Below are positions 1-12,758 of a DNA stretch of 64,000 nucleotides, in pieces (within the stretch, counting starts at the first letter, position 1; each line of letters starts with the position of its first letter). The position numbers were made by a program, and so were the translations under genes. This stretch comes from the human T2T-CHM13v2.0 reference genome, Homo sapiens: assembly GCF_009914755.1 (NCBI RefSeq), contig NC_060936.1. One strand, written 5' to 3'. Below the pieces are notes generated by a model. The model made no database searches. It was not told the DNA's origin and saw nothing but the letters and a program-made list of their open reading frames with translations.

Positions 1-1093
1 CCAGGCTTACCTGTTTTCAAAGGTTGTTTTTTTTCCTTCTATGACTATTACTATTTCTATTACTTACTACTGATTCTAGGTGTGTTTTTACTTGTACTTT
101 AAAACCCAATGCCATAAGCATGTGAAATTAATTTTGTATCTTGTATTTTATTAAACATTTTTTCATGTCATATTACATTATTAGAACTTTCAAAACTATA
201 TCAACCATTGTACAAGCAAACTTCTTTATATTTTATAGACATGGATGGATTATGCTACACCAGTGCTTAACACTCACTAAATATTTTTTCTTTTTTATAA
301 TAAAATATAAATGCCTTACTTTTTAGGACCTACATAAAGAAACTGCATTTCACTGATCCAATGGACTATTATTATGTAATTGAAATGAAAAAACTATTGA
401 TTCATATAACACATCTGCATTTCATATGTGCAATTCTCAATGAAAGAAGTCACATATGGCTTGTATATTTCTTTTTCTCTGGCATCTCTCTCATCCTTTC
501 CCTTTGTCCACTCTGCTGAACACCTACTGTCCTCTTTTAACATGCCTTACACAAGATGCTTTTTCACGAAGCTGGGCCTATAGATGGGCAGTATCTGCAG
601 CCTCAAAATCCTAGCCACTGTTCTTGCATGCAGTTTCTTCTTTTTTCCAAACTTAGTTTAAATATTACATCCTTAGAAAAGTGCTTTATGACCACATCAG
701 TCCAATCTATTCCATCATATTACTCTCCATTACAATCTATCTACATCCTGCTAATTCCTTCTGCCATTCTTCATTAATGAAAACTAAACATAAAGCTATA
801 AAAATATTCTATGTTACACAAATTCTAAAAAAGTATTTTATATTAAGATTATTTTTCTAAGATAACAGATAATTTCTATCTTCTTTTGAATACAGTTTTC
901 TGTCAGGCCACAGAATCACTTGAAAAATACCAGGTTAGGCAATTAAGCAATATCTAGAGGGATTTCAGAAATAAGTAAAATAGTTTCATTAAGCACTGTG
1001 ACAGATAGAACGCCATGGACACTTTATACTGAATAACTTGAATGTAGGCATCTGGCAAATGACTTTCATAGGTATGGTAAAGAAAGCCATATA

Positions 1094-1270
1094 AAGTGAT
1101 TCTCAGATATTAGCATGCATCAGAATAAAAATCTAAAATCTTAGTTTAAGCTCAAATGACAGAGTTTCTAATTACGTGGGTCTGGTTTAAGAGCTGAAAT
1201 TTTGCTTTTGTAACAAGTGCCCAGGTATATTGGTTTTGCTAGTCTGTGGACCACACATTGAAAATCACTA
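1094..1270 (-). mobile_element. MER5A hAT-Charlie non-autonomous DNA transposon
   Basis: Ends AGTGATTCTCA...TGAAAATCACT form degenerate terminal inverted repeats. Internal TTAGCATGCATCAGAAT, CAGAGTTTCTAATT and GGACCACACATTGA match reverse MER5A. Confidence 0.8.
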
Positions 1271-1276
1271 TAATAT

Positions 1277-2344
1277 TGATAGTGGCAGAAGGCAGACAAA
1301 TTTCTAGGCAGAAAGGGGTGGGTCCCCTTTTTGGCCTTTTTGCTTGAACCTGACCTTCAGGCCAAAAATGACCTGAAAACCAAGCTGCTGGTACGGGATA
1401 AAGACCCCAACCAGAGTCACAACTTCCTGGATGCCTTTTATCCAATGTAATGGTTCTTTTCCCAGGCTCACGGATGGACCAATCAGCACACACTCCCTCA
1501 TTCTGAGTCCATAAATCCCGCCCCCTTCACCCCCTGACTTAGCCACACTTTGGAACTACCTGCCTTCAGTGGGGACTACCAACTTCAGGTCCCCTCTCTA
1601 CTGAGAGCTGTTCTGTTGCTCAGTAAAACTCTTCTCTGCCTTGCTCACTCTTTGATTGTACACGTAACCTCATTCTTCTTGGATGTGGGACAACAACCTG
1701 GGAGGCCCATCAAACAGCTGGTGCCAAAGGAGCTGCTGTAACACTGTAGCCCTCCTGTCCCAGTTCTCCTGCCCCAAGCAATGAGAAGCTGCAGGTGGGG
1801 CACGGCCAGCCCAGGAGCAATGGACCAGAATGGGCAATGGGAACAAAACAGCTGGGATATGCCCCCACTTGCCAAAGCGTGTGGACAGGAGAAACAAATG
1901 ATCTGTAACACAAACGAGCTGTAATGCTTCCTGGGGGCCCAGACCTCAGGGCTGTTGGAGCCAGAGTTGTAACATGCTGTAACACCTCCTTTGGGGCACC
2001 ACGACTTCTGGGGTCTCAGAGTTTTTTGGACACCACCACGTTCTGCTTGTCCAGACACCAGCACCAAGGTGGAAGCTGCTTGTGGTCGAGCCTGGTCCAG
2101 CTGCAGCCTCTCACGGAGCCAGCACCTGTACCAGCCTGGAGCTGTCCACCAAACTGAAGCAGCCAGTACTCCTGATTTGCCCTTGGCAGGTGTGAGATCA
2201 AGGCCAGCAGTGTGACCTAAACGTAGCCTGCCCGGCCAAGTGGGTAGAGCAAGCCCAGAGGGTCTGAGTGAAACTCCAGCAAGAGGCGCCTCCTGTTGTG
2301 GAGGTTTCTGGCTGGCAAAGTGGCACCGAAAATATCCTGCATCT
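1277..2344 (+). mobile_element. ERV1 solo LTR, MER52/LTR27/LTR28 group
   Basis: Begins TGATAGTGGCAGAAGGCAGACAAATTTCTAGGCAGA and ends GAGGTTTCTGGCTGGCAAAGTGGCACCGAAAATATCCTGCATC. Contains two CCAAT boxes (~1442, ~1479), TATA-like CATAAA (~1510) and AGTAAA (~1622). Homologous to the LTR at 60067-61032. Confidence 0.8.
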
Positions 2345-2464
2345 TTTTAGAGTAAATACTAGAGAGGAGGGAGGAAAATACTAGCTTCTGACTTCAGGTC
2401 AGAGGGAGAGGAAGCCAGAAACTGGCACTTAAGGGAGCAGCAATATGCTTTAAAAATATATATT

Positions 2465-2796
<332 letters not shown>

Positions 2797-3807
2797 CTAT
2801 ATCTCAAACAATATATTTTCATGAGTGTCAGTTTTATCAGTTCATTCATCCACATATCTTGTTCTTTGGCATCTACATACCAGAGTATACTTGACTTAAA
2901 ATGTTGAGCAAAATGCTTCTTCACAAATACTAGATTTAATCAATTTGCAATATATTTCAAGAATTTATATAATCATTAATGTTTGTCTTCATGTGCAAAA
3001 TACTCTAAAGAACCCTTTCAAAATTTAATTTAAATCCAGTTTTTGAGCAATTCTGATTTTAACAATTTTTCTGTAAGAGACAGCTTTTTTTTTCTCCACC
3101 TCTGTGTATGTGTCATTATTTAAAAGCTTTACCTCTTTCCCAGAAAGGTAGAATGGAAAGTCTATGAAATTAGAGTAGAAGAGCCTGACCTCTACTTTTT
3201 CTCACTGGGCTATTTTGAGACTTAATGAGATTTTCACTTGTTGCATGTTTGATATCTTTTGATAAGGGAAACTATATAAACATCAAATATTACTCTAGGC
3301 AAAGTGTTCATTAGTGCTTTATTTTTTATTAATATTTGCCAAAACCAAATTGGCACTGATTGAACTCTACAGAATGTTTGGAATCTGCGTGTTTTCTGTC
3401 AAAGTCATGTCAATATTCAGATGAATTCCATTTTCACAGGAACCCCAATAAAGTTATAGTCAAGATTAAAATTTGGGTATGAAATAACTATTAATGTGTA
3501 AAATACCTTCAGGAATTTATGCAGTAATGCAAAACTGTGATGAAATGCAATAAAAGCTAACTAAATTATAAAACTACTCAGAAAAATTGACAGAGTTGGA
3601 TATATTATTATGATGAACATTGGCAATCTCATGTAATTGTACTATACCAATAGCAAAGGGAATATTCTTCAATTGCACAACGCATAATTTTTAGAATGAG
3701 GGAATCTGGCCAGGAAGAACTTTTAATGTTTATATTTCCTTCAGGAAAAGTGGTGTTTGTTATTGTTAAAGCACATAGTAAAAGTCTAATGACAGATTGT
3801 GAAAACC

Positions 3808-3833
3808 TGTGTGTGTGTGTGTGTGTGTGTGTG
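3808..3833. repeat. (TG)n microsatellite
   Basis: About 13 perfect TG units. Confidence 0.95.
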
Positions 3834-4049
3834 CATACACACATGCCTAAGGGTGAAAGTAATGAGAATCATGAAAGAGATGCTGTGTAGGTGAACTGAG
3901 CTAGCAATCTAGGGCATTAAATGCTTGGTCTTTCACAGGGCTGAGTGTGACTTAATCTATGCATTAAACTTGATTTGAGATTAACGATTTTAAATCCATT
4001 TTTAAAAAGAAAATTAATTGCAGATTCTATAAAAATGTAAACTGCCCTT

Positions 4050-4980
4050 ACTCATTCTCTCAATATCTGTTTATTGATAGTAAACCATGAATGTTAAAGA
4101 TCTTAGGCACTAAAGACGTAGCAACAAACAACACAATATCTGTGCATCCATAGGGCTCTGCTTATATTCTATTAGGGGAGTAGGTAATGTTTTAAAAATG
4201 TTTTTTAGGGTATACATTTTATTACCCTAAAAATTTTAATATAAAATAGAGAGATTTAGACAGTAAAGACTGAGAAAGTGCCATTTTAAAAATTAATTAA
4301 TTAGTTGTTTAATTCTAATAGCTTTTGGGGGTACAAGTATTTTTTGGTTAAATGGATGAATTCTATAGAGGTGAATTCTGAGATTTAGTGTGCCTGTCAC
4401 CCAAGCAGTGTACACTGTACCCAATATATAGTCTTTTATCCCTCACTCCACTCCCACCCTTCCCCCACCGAGTCCTCGAAGTTCAGTATATTATTCTATA
4501 TGTGTTTGTGTCCTCACAACTTATCTCCTGTTTATAAGTGACAGCATACAATATGCGGTTTTCCATTCCTGAGTTATTTCACTTAGAATCATGGCTTCCA
4601 GCTCCATCCTAGTTGCTGCAAAAGACATTATTTCATTCAAGAAGGTGTCATTTAAAGAGAATGATAAAGGCAGGTGTCCTTGAGATAGTGATATTTGAGT
4701 GGAGATCTGAAAATGGGTGACAACATAATTATAAACAGAGATATCTAGTCTAAGAAGACAGAGGAGCATGAGTGTAAAAATACTTGTTTCTTTCAAAGAA
4801 TGGTAATAAGGCCTAGGTGATTAGAGGAGTGCCTGGAGGGAATGATGGCATAGGCCAGGTCACGTAGGCACAGAACACGTACTGTTGGCCATAAAAAATT
4901 TAGATATTCATCTGTATTAAATGTAAATCCATTAAAGGGTTTTGAGCAACAACGTGACATTATTTGACTTATTTACATGT
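4050..4980 (-). mobile_element. L2 3' relic interrupted by an L1PB fragment
   Basis: Starts with a degenerate L2 tail (TCATTCTCTCAATATCTGTTTATTGA). Resumes after 4640 with GATATTTGAGTGGAGATCTGAA and AAGGGTTTTGAGCA, typical of reverse L2. Confidence 0.65.
4288..4638 (-). mobile_element. 5'-truncated L1PB 3' end
   Basis: TCACCCAAGCAGTGTACACTGTACCCAAT and TTCCATTCCTGAGTTATTTCACTTAGAAT. Flanked by a degenerate TSD, AGAAAGTGCCATTT (~4273) / AGAAGGTGTCATTT (~4640). Confidence 0.85.
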
Positions 4981-5179
4981 GAGAAAAGAAATAAAATATT
5001 TTAGATGAGTGTGGAAAGTTGCAGATTTAAGTAACTTTCTTGGAATATAGATACACACTTTTGAAACTACTAAGGTAGTAATCTAATCCTGATGAAATAT
5101 TAATTCAAAATAGTACTTAAATGCATTTCACCTAGAGGGAATAACAACTTGGTTTATGCCAAGTATGTCCTCTAAATAC

Positions 5180-6270
5180 TTTATTTTATTCTTTCTATAA
5201 AACATACTTATAAGATCTATGCACAGTTTTAATAGTCACAATAAAATGAACACATATGTATTCCCTACCCAGCTTATATTAAACCCCCACTGTCCCCTTT
5301 CAGAGATCTTTTATGGCTTTGGGTATATATATTTCTAAGAATATTACATTGTGTGATGTTATAAGTAGAACATTTAACACATATTTTTAATATCATGACA
5401 CTTGTATATAAAAATTGAGTTTTATAAGTGAACCTCCTACCCCATGATTTTGAAAAATTGATTAGTTCTAGTCATTTTTCTAGCTTGCTTATAATTGTCT
5501 ATATGAAGAATACTATTATCTGCAAATGGATACGGTTTTATTTTTATGCTCTAATCTTTATGCATTTTATTATTTCTCTTGTCTTCTTGTGATGACTGTT
5601 ACTTCCAGAAAACGTTGATAAGAAGTAGTATGATCAGCCACTTTTTCCTGCTTTCCACATGTTAGGGGGAATTTGTTCATTTTTCATCATTAACTATTTT
5701 GCGAGTGTAGCTTTGTAGATACCCTTTATCAGATTGAAAAAGCTTCCTTCTATTGTTATGTTTCTGAGGATATTCATTATGAAAAAAAAGTTAATTTAAT
5801 CACATTTTTCTCTTCATCTCTTGAGATAATACAAATGGAGGTTTCCTTTGACTGTCTTTTCCCTTAATTGTGGGTCACATTTGTCTGGTTCTTTTATCCC
5901 AAGTTTCAATCTGTACACCATGAACGTTATGTTAAAATGATTCTCAATTCAATTTTGTTTTGTACATTCTTCTATGAAGACTGTTGATGTTGGTTGGTCC
6001 ATTTGTCTTAGCATGCAATTTCTTGGCTATACTCAAAGGAAAAACTCTGTCTCTTGGGCGGAAGCTTAAGTCTAAATTCAGTTATTTTATTTCCACAAAA
6101 TGTGCTTAGTACATTTGTAATTCACAGATCAGTCAAATATTTGGAAAAATTTGTGCGCAGCATTTGGGGTTTCCAATATATATTTCTTCTTTTATTTTGA
6201 TTTAAACTTCATTTTCTTTTTTCTTTTCTTTTTTTTTCTCTCCCTATTTGCTATGCCTGCACTGGCAGTC
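5180..6270 (-). mobile_element. Old L1M fragments
   Basis: ATCTGCAAAT, TTGTAGATACCCTTTATCAGATTGA and TTCCTTCTATTG are characteristic of reverse L1M ORF2; highly diverged. Confidence 0.6.
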
Positions 6271-6499
6271 AACTTTCACAAGACTTTTTTTTTTAATTAT
6301 ACTTTAAGTTCTGGGGTATATGTGCAGAATGTGCATGTTTGTTACATAGGTATACACGTGCCATGGTGGTTTGCTGCACCAATCAACCTGTCATCTACAT
6401 TAGGTATTTCTTCTAATGCTATTCCTCCCCTAGACCCCCAGTCCCTGACAGGCCCAGGTGTGTCATGCTCCCCTCTCTGTGTCCATGTGTTCTCATTGA

Positions 6500-9400
6500 T
6501 CAACTCATACTTATATGTGAGAACATGTGGTGTTTGGTTTTCTGTTCTTGCATTAGTTTGCTGAGAATGATGGTTTCCAGCATCACCCATGTCCCTAAAA
6601 AAGACATGAACTCATCCCTTTTTATGGCTTCATAGTATTCCATGGTGTATATCTGCCACATTTTCTTTATCCAGGCTATCACTGATGGGCATTTGAGTTG
6701 ATTCTAAGACTTTGCTATTGTGAACGTATTTTCATATGTTTCTTGGCAGCATAAATGTCTTCTTTTGAGAAGTGTCTGTTCATAACGTTTGCCTGCCTAA
6801 TGGGGTTGTTTGTTTTTATTATTGTAAATTTGTTAATTTCTGTATATTGGTCAGGGTGGTGGGAGAAATTGTAGGAAAAACACAAACCTTCTTGGAAGGC
6901 CAGGGGATTTTGCAAAGCTTCAGGGAAGAATGAGCTGAAGGTAGCAGTTCTTACCCTGGGGAAAGGGCAAGAAGTAGGTACAAAAGAATGAAAGGGAGTT
7001 TATCTGAATAGCTTGTTTACTCATGTCTCCAGAAACCTGGCCTTTAATCATCTGCGACCACTCTCTCTCAGGGGGCCAGCGGGGGTGGTGGCGACCATGT
7101 GAATTGCCCACAGTGTGTTGACTCAAAGCCTTTGTCATTAATTCAATCTGTGCTGAATAAATGCCCGTAGGGTAAGCTTGTCAGGGCTGCGGCTGCTGAC
7201 TCTTTACAGCACCTCCTGAGAGTCTGTAAGCGGTCCGGTCTCCTAGCCCACTCATTCACTGGATACTTGTGTCTGAGTGCATTCCTTCATCCTTCATTCT
7301 GCCAGGGTATGCGGGTCAGACCCGGCAAAGTTCCTTGTAGATTCTGGATATTAGCCCTTGGTCAGATGGATAGATTGCAAAAATTTTCTCCCATTCTGTC
7401 GGTTGCCTGTTCGCTCTGATGATAGTTATTTTGCTGTGCAGAAGCTCTTTGGTTTAATTGGATCACATTTTTCAATTTTGGCTTTTGTTGCCATTGCTTT
7501 TGGTGTTTTAGTCATGAAGTCTTTGCCCATGCTTATGTCCTGAATGGTATTGGCTAGGCTTTCTTCTAGGGTTTTTAAAGTTTTAGGTCTTACATTTAAA
7601 TCTTTAATCCATCCAGAGTTAATTTTTGTATAAGATATAAAGAAGGGGTCCAGTTTCAGTTTTCTGCATATGGCTAGCCAGTTTTCCCAACATCATTTAT
7701 TAAATAGGGAATCCTTTCCTCATTGCTTGTTTTTGTCAGGTTTGTCAAAATAAGATTGTTGTGGATATGTGCCATGATTTCTGAGGCCTCTGTTCTGTTC
7801 CATTGGTCTACATAACTGCTTTGGTACGAGTACCCTGCTGTTTTGGTTACTGTAGCCTTGTAGTATAGCTTGAAGTCAGGTGGGGTGATGCCTCCAGCTT
7901 TGTTCTTTTTGCTTACGATTGTCTTGGCTATGCAGGCTCTTTTTTGGTTCCACATGAAATTTAAAGTAGTTTTTTCTAATTCTGTGAAGAAAGTCAACAG
8001 TAGCTTGATAGGGATAGCATTGAATGTATAAATTACTTTGGGCAGTATGGCCATTTTCACGATATTGATTCTTCCTATCCATGAGCATGGAATGTTTTTC
8101 CATTTGTTTGTGTCCTCTCTTATTTCCTTGAACAGTGTTTTGTAGTTCTCCTTGAAGACGTCCTTCACTTCCCTTGTAAGTTGTATTCCTAGGTGTTTTA
8201 TTCTCTTTGTAGCAATTGCGAATGGGATTTCACTTATGATTTGGCTATCTGATTTTCTATTATTGGTGTATAGGAATGCTTGTTATTTTTGCACCTTGAT
8301 TTTGCATCCTGAAATTTTGCTGAAGTTGCTTATCAGCTTCTGAAGATTTTGTGCTGAGACAATGGGGTTTTCTAAATATACAATCATGTCATCTGCAAAC
8401 AGAGACGATTTGATTTCGTCTCTTTTTATGTGAATAGCCTTTATTTCTTTTTCTTTTCTGATTGACCTGGCCAGAACTTCCAATACTATGTTCAATAGGA
8501 GTGGTGAGAGAGAGCATCCTTGTCTTGTGCCGGTTTTCAGAAGGAATGCTTCCAGCTTTTGCCCATTAAGTATGATATTGGCTGTCAGTTTGTCATAAAT
8601 AGTTCGTATTATTTTGAGATACGTTCCATCAATACCTAGTTTATTGAGAGTTTTTAGCATGAAGGGGTGTTGAATTTTATCAAAGGACTTTTCTGCATCT
8701 ATTGAGATAATCATGTGGTTTTTGTCATTGGTTTTGCTTATGTTATGTATTATGTTTATTGGTTTGCATATTTTGAACCAGCCTTGCATCCCGGGGATGA
8801 AGCCAACTTGATCATGGTGGATAAGCTTTTTCGATAAGCTGCTGGATTCGGTTTGCCAGTATTTAATTGAGGATTTTCACATTGATGCTCATCAGTGATA
8901 TTGGTCTGAAATTTTCTTTTTTTGTTATGTCTCTGCTGGGTTTTGTTATCAGAATGATCCTGGCCTCATAAAATGAATTAGGGAGGAGTACCTCTTTTTC
9001 TATTGTTTGGAATAGTTTCAGAAGGAATGGTACCAGATCCTCTTTGTACCTCTGAAAGAATTCGGCTGTGAATATGCCTGGTCCTGGGCTTTCTTTTGGT
9101 TGGTAGGTTATTAATTACTGCCTCATTTTCAGAACTTATTATTGGTCTATTCAGGGATTCAATTTCTTCCTGATTTAGTCTTTGTAGGGTGTATGTGTCC
9201 AGGAATTTATCCATTTGTTCTAGATTTTCTAATTTATTTGCATAGAGGTGTTAGTAGTATTCACTGATGGTAGTTTATATTTCTGTGGGATCAGTGGTGA
9301 TACCTCTTCATCATTTTTTTATTGTGTCTATTTGATTCTTCCCTCTTTTCTTCTTTATTAGTCTTCCTAGTGGTCTATTTTGTTAATCTTTTTTCAAAAT

Positions 9401-10483
9401 ACCAGCTCCTAAATTCATTGATTTTTTTGAAGGTTTTTTTGTTTCTCTATCTCCTTCAGTTCTGCTCTGATCTTAGTTGTTTCTTGTCTTCTGCTAGCTT
9501 TTGAATTTGTTTACTCTTACTTCTCTAGTTCTTTTAATTGTGATGTTAGGCTGTCAATTTGAGGTCTTTCTAGCTTTCTGATGTGGGAATTTAGTGCTAT
9601 AAATTTCCCTCTAAACACTGCTGTAGCTCTGTCCCAGAGATTCTGGTACATTGTGTCATTGTTCTCATTGGTTTCAAAGAATGTACTTATTTCTGCGTTA
9701 ATTTTGTTATTTACCCAGTAGTCATTCAGGAGATGGTTGTTCAGTTTCCATGTAGTTGTGTGGTTTTAAGTGAGTTTCTTAATCTTGAGTTCTAATTTGG
9801 TTGCACTGTGGTCTGAGACAATTGGGTATGATTTCCATTCTTTTGTATTTGCCGAGGAGTGTGTTACTTCCAATTATGTGTTCAATTTTAAAATAAGTGT
9901 GATGTGGTGCTGAGAAGAATGTACATTCTGTTGATTTGGGGTGGAGAGTTCTGTAGATGTCTATTAGGTCCGCTTGGTCCAGAACTGAGTTCAAGTCCTG
10001 AAAATCTGTCTTGTTGATCTGTCTAATATTGACATTACAGTGTTACATTCTCCCACTATTATTGTGTAGGAGTCTAAGTCTCTTTGTAGGTCTCTAAAAA
10101 CTTGCTTTATAAATCTGGGTGCTCCTGTATTAGGTACATATATATTTAGGATAGTTAGCTCTTCTTGTTGCATTGATCCCTTTATTATTATGTAATGCCC
10201 TTCTTTGTCTCTTTTGATCTTTGTTGGTTTAAAGTCTGTTTTATCAGAGATTAGGATTGCAACTCGTGCTGTTTTTTTGCTTTCTATTTGCTTGGTAAAT
10301 ATTCCTCCATCTTGTTATTTTGAGCTTGTGTGTGTGTTTGCACATGAGATGGGTCTCCTGAATACAGCACACTGATGACTCTTGATTCTTTATCCATTTT
10401 GCCAGTCTGTGTCTTTTAATTGGAGCATTTAGCCCATTTACATTTAAGGTTAATATTATTATGTGTGAATTTAATCCTGTCAA
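6500..10483 (-). pseudogene. L1 ORF2 (endonuclease/reverse transcriptase) remnant, multiply disrupted
   Basis: Fragments TGLNSHIIILTLNVNGLNAPIKRHRL (EN), [16 protein letters not shown] and [10 protein letters not shown] (RT), [22 protein letters not shown]. Start codon is TTG instead of ATG; many stops and frameshifts. Confidence 0.92.
6841..7327 (+). mobile_element. LTR22-family solo LTR (HERV-K HML-5)
   Basis: TG...CA ends (TGTATATTGGTCAGGGTGGTGGGAGAAATT ... GCGGGTCAGACCCGGCA), AATAAA at 7156, 487 bp. 6-bp TSD AATTTC/AAGTTC with L1 ORF2 collinear on both sides. Confidence 0.88.
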
Positions 10484-10546
10484 TATGATGTTAGCTGGCT
10501 ATTTTGCCCGTTAGTTGATGCAGTTTCTCCATGGTGTAGATGATCT

Positions 10547-11566
10547 TTCCAATTTGGTGTATTTTTGCAGTGGCTGATACCATTTTTTCCTTTCCATATA
10601 TAGTGCTTCCTTCAGGAGTTCTTCTAAGGCAGGCCTGGTGGTTACAAAACCTCTCAGCATTTGCGTGTCTGTAAAGGATTTTATTTTTCCTTTGCTTATG
10701 AAGCTTAGTTTGGTTGGATATGAAATTCTGTGTTGAAAATGCTTTTCTTTAAGAATGTTGAGCATTGGACCCCACTCTCCTCTGGCTTGTAGGGTTTCTG
10801 CAGAGACATATGCTGTTAGTCTGATGGGCTTCCCTTTGTGGGTAACCCAGCCTTTTTCTCTGTCTGCCCTTAACATTTTTTCCTTCATTTCGACCTTGGT
10901 GACTCTGACGATTATGTATCTTGGGGTTGCTCTTCTTGAGGAGTATCTTTTTGGTGTTCTCTGTATTTTCTGAATTTGAATGTTGGCCTTTCTTGCTAGG
11001 TTTCAGGAATTTCTCCTGCATAGTATCCTGCAGAGTGTTTTCCAACTTGCTTCCATTCTCCCCGTCACTTTCAGGTACACCAGTCAAACGTTTGGTCTTT
11101 TTCACATAGTCCCATATTTCTTGGAGGCTTTGTTCGTTCCTTTTCATTCTTTTTTCTCCAAACTTGTCTTCATGCTTTATTTCATTAAGTTGATCTTCAA
11201 TCTCTGATATCCTTTCTTCTGCTTGGTCGATTCAGCTTGATACTCGTGTATGCTTCACGAAGTTCTCATGCTGTGTTTTTCAGTTCCAACAGGTCATTTA
11301 TGTTCTTCTCTAAACTGGTTATTCTAGTTAGCAATTCCTCTAAACTTTTTCAATGTTCTTAGCTTCCTTGCATTGGGTTAGAACATACTCCTTTAGCTCG
11401 GAGGAGTTTGTTATTACCCACCTTCTGAAGCCTACTTCTATCAATTCATCAAACTCATTCTCCATCCAGTTTTGTTCCCTTGCTGGTAAGTAGTTGTGAT
11501 CTTTGGAGGAGAAGAGGCATTCTGGTTTTTGAAATTTTCAGCCTTTTTGCATTGGTTTTTCCTTAT
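10547..11566 (-). pseudogene. L1 ORF1 remnant
   Basis: Peptides KRNEQSLQEIWDYVK, GVPESDGENG, KEKMLRA..KGKPIRLTA, RISYPTKLSF. Start codon mutated to ATA, frameshifted, natural stop mutated. Confidence 0.9.
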
Positions 11567-11569
11567 CTT

Positions 11570-12758
11570 CCTGGAATTATCTACCTTTGGTGTTTGATGT
11601 TGGTGACTTTTGGTTGGGGTTCGTGTGTGAACATCCTTTTTGTTGATGTTGATGCTATTCCTTTCTGTTTGTTAGTTTTCCTTCTAACAGTCAGGCCCCT
11701 CTGCTTCAGGTCTGCTGGAGTTTGCGGCAGGTCCACTCCAGACCCTATTTGCCTGGGTATTCCCAGCAGAGGCTGCAGAACAGGAAAGATTGCTTCCTGT
11801 TTCTTCCTCTGGAAGACTTGTTCCAGAGGGGCATCAGCCAGATGCCAGCTGGAGCTCTCCTGTATGAGGTGTCTGTCAACCCCTGCTGGGAGGTGTCTCA
11901 GAGTCAGGAGGGATGGAGATCAGGGACCCACTTGAGATGGCAGTCTGTCCTTTAGCAAAGCTTGAGCACTGTGCTGGGAGATCTGCTGCTCTCTTCAGAG
12001 CTTACAGGCAGGGACGTTTAAGTCTGCTGAAGCTCTGCCCACAGCCACCCTTTCCCCCAGGTGCTCTGTCCCAGGGAAATGGGGGGGTTTATCTATAAGC
12101 CCATGACTATGGCTGCTGCCTTTCTTTCAGAGATGCCCTGCTTAGAGAGGAGGAATCCAATGAGGCTGTCTGGCTACAGCGGCTTTGCTGACCTGCGGTG
12201 GGCACCGCCCAGTTCAAACTTCAGTGGCTTTGTTTACACTGTGAAGGGAAAGCTGCCTACTCAAGCCTCAGTAATGGTGGACACACCTCCCCACACCAAG
12301 TTGGAGTATCCCAGGTTGACTTCAGTCTGTTGTGCTGGCAGCAAGAATTTCAAGCCAGTGGATCTAAGCTTGCTGGGCTCCGTGGGGGTGGGATCCACTG
12401 AGCTAGACCACTTGGCTCCCTGGCTTCAGACCCATTTCCAGGGAAGTCAACGGTTCTGTCTCGCTGGCATTCCAGTCACCACTGGGGTATGAGAAAACAA
12501 AACAAAACAAAACAAAACAAAAACTCCTGCAGCTAGCTTGGTGTCTGCTCAAATGGCCACCCAGTTTTGTGTTTGAAACCCAGGGCCCTGGTGGTGTAGG
12601 CACCCGAGGGAATCTCCTGGTCTGTGGGATGCGAAGACCTTGGGAAAAGTGTAGTATCTGGGCTGGAATGCACTGTTCCTCCAGGCAAAGTCCCTCACAG
12701 CTTCCCTTGGCTATGGGAGGGAGTCCCCAACCCCTTGCACTTCCCGAGTGAGGTGACA
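11570..12758 (-). promoter_or_regulatory. L1PA7 5'UTR (internal sense promoter truncated; antisense promoter region retained)
   Basis: GC-richer L1P 5'UTR sequence upstream of ORF1. Ends abruptly at CTTCCCGAGTGAGGTGACA without the terminal GGCCATCTT (YY1) segment. Confidence 0.7.
12274..12492 (+). CDS. L1 ORF0-like antisense ORF (72 aa), expression unknown
   Basis: gtaATGG strong Kozak. MVDTPPHTKLEYPRLTSVCCAGSKNF..GSVGVGSTE aligns by eye with L1HS ORF0p MAGAPPPASLPPCSLISDCCASNQRDSVGVGPSE. Open to TGA at 12490-12492. Confidence 0.45.
   Translation: MVDTPPHTKLEYPRLTSVCCAGSKNFKPVDLSLLGSVGVGSTELDHLAPWLQTHFQGSQRFCLAGIPVTTGV

Larger units (their letters stand above)
6285..12758 (-). mobile_element. 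Near full-length inactivated L1PA7-type LINE-1 (extreme 5' end missing, ~0.3 kb internal deletion, LTR22 insertion)
   Basis: Poly(T) plus 3'UTR TTAAGTTCTGGGG..GTGCAGAA..GTTACATAGGTATACACGTGCCATGG of L1PA7 type. Continuous ORF2, ORF1 and ~1.2 kb of 5'UTR. ORF-track peptides match L1 ORF1p/ORF2p. Confidence 0.93.

Noticed and set aside
5-100. Perfect minus-strand donor CAG|GTAAG with an upstream AG
   Set aside because: All three frames of the implied exon contain stops, the acceptor is weak, and nothing else supports it.
1239-2215. Cluster of overlapping ORFs (up to 140 aa), mirrored at 60029-60804
   Set aside because: They lie in GC-rich LTR sequence where stop codons are scarce, and show no recognisable protein motifs.
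7674-8789. 164-aa and 168-aa reverse-transcriptase ORFs as an active gene
   Set aside because: They are fragments of a disrupted L1 ORF2 with lost start, frameshifts, an LTR insertion and a deletion.
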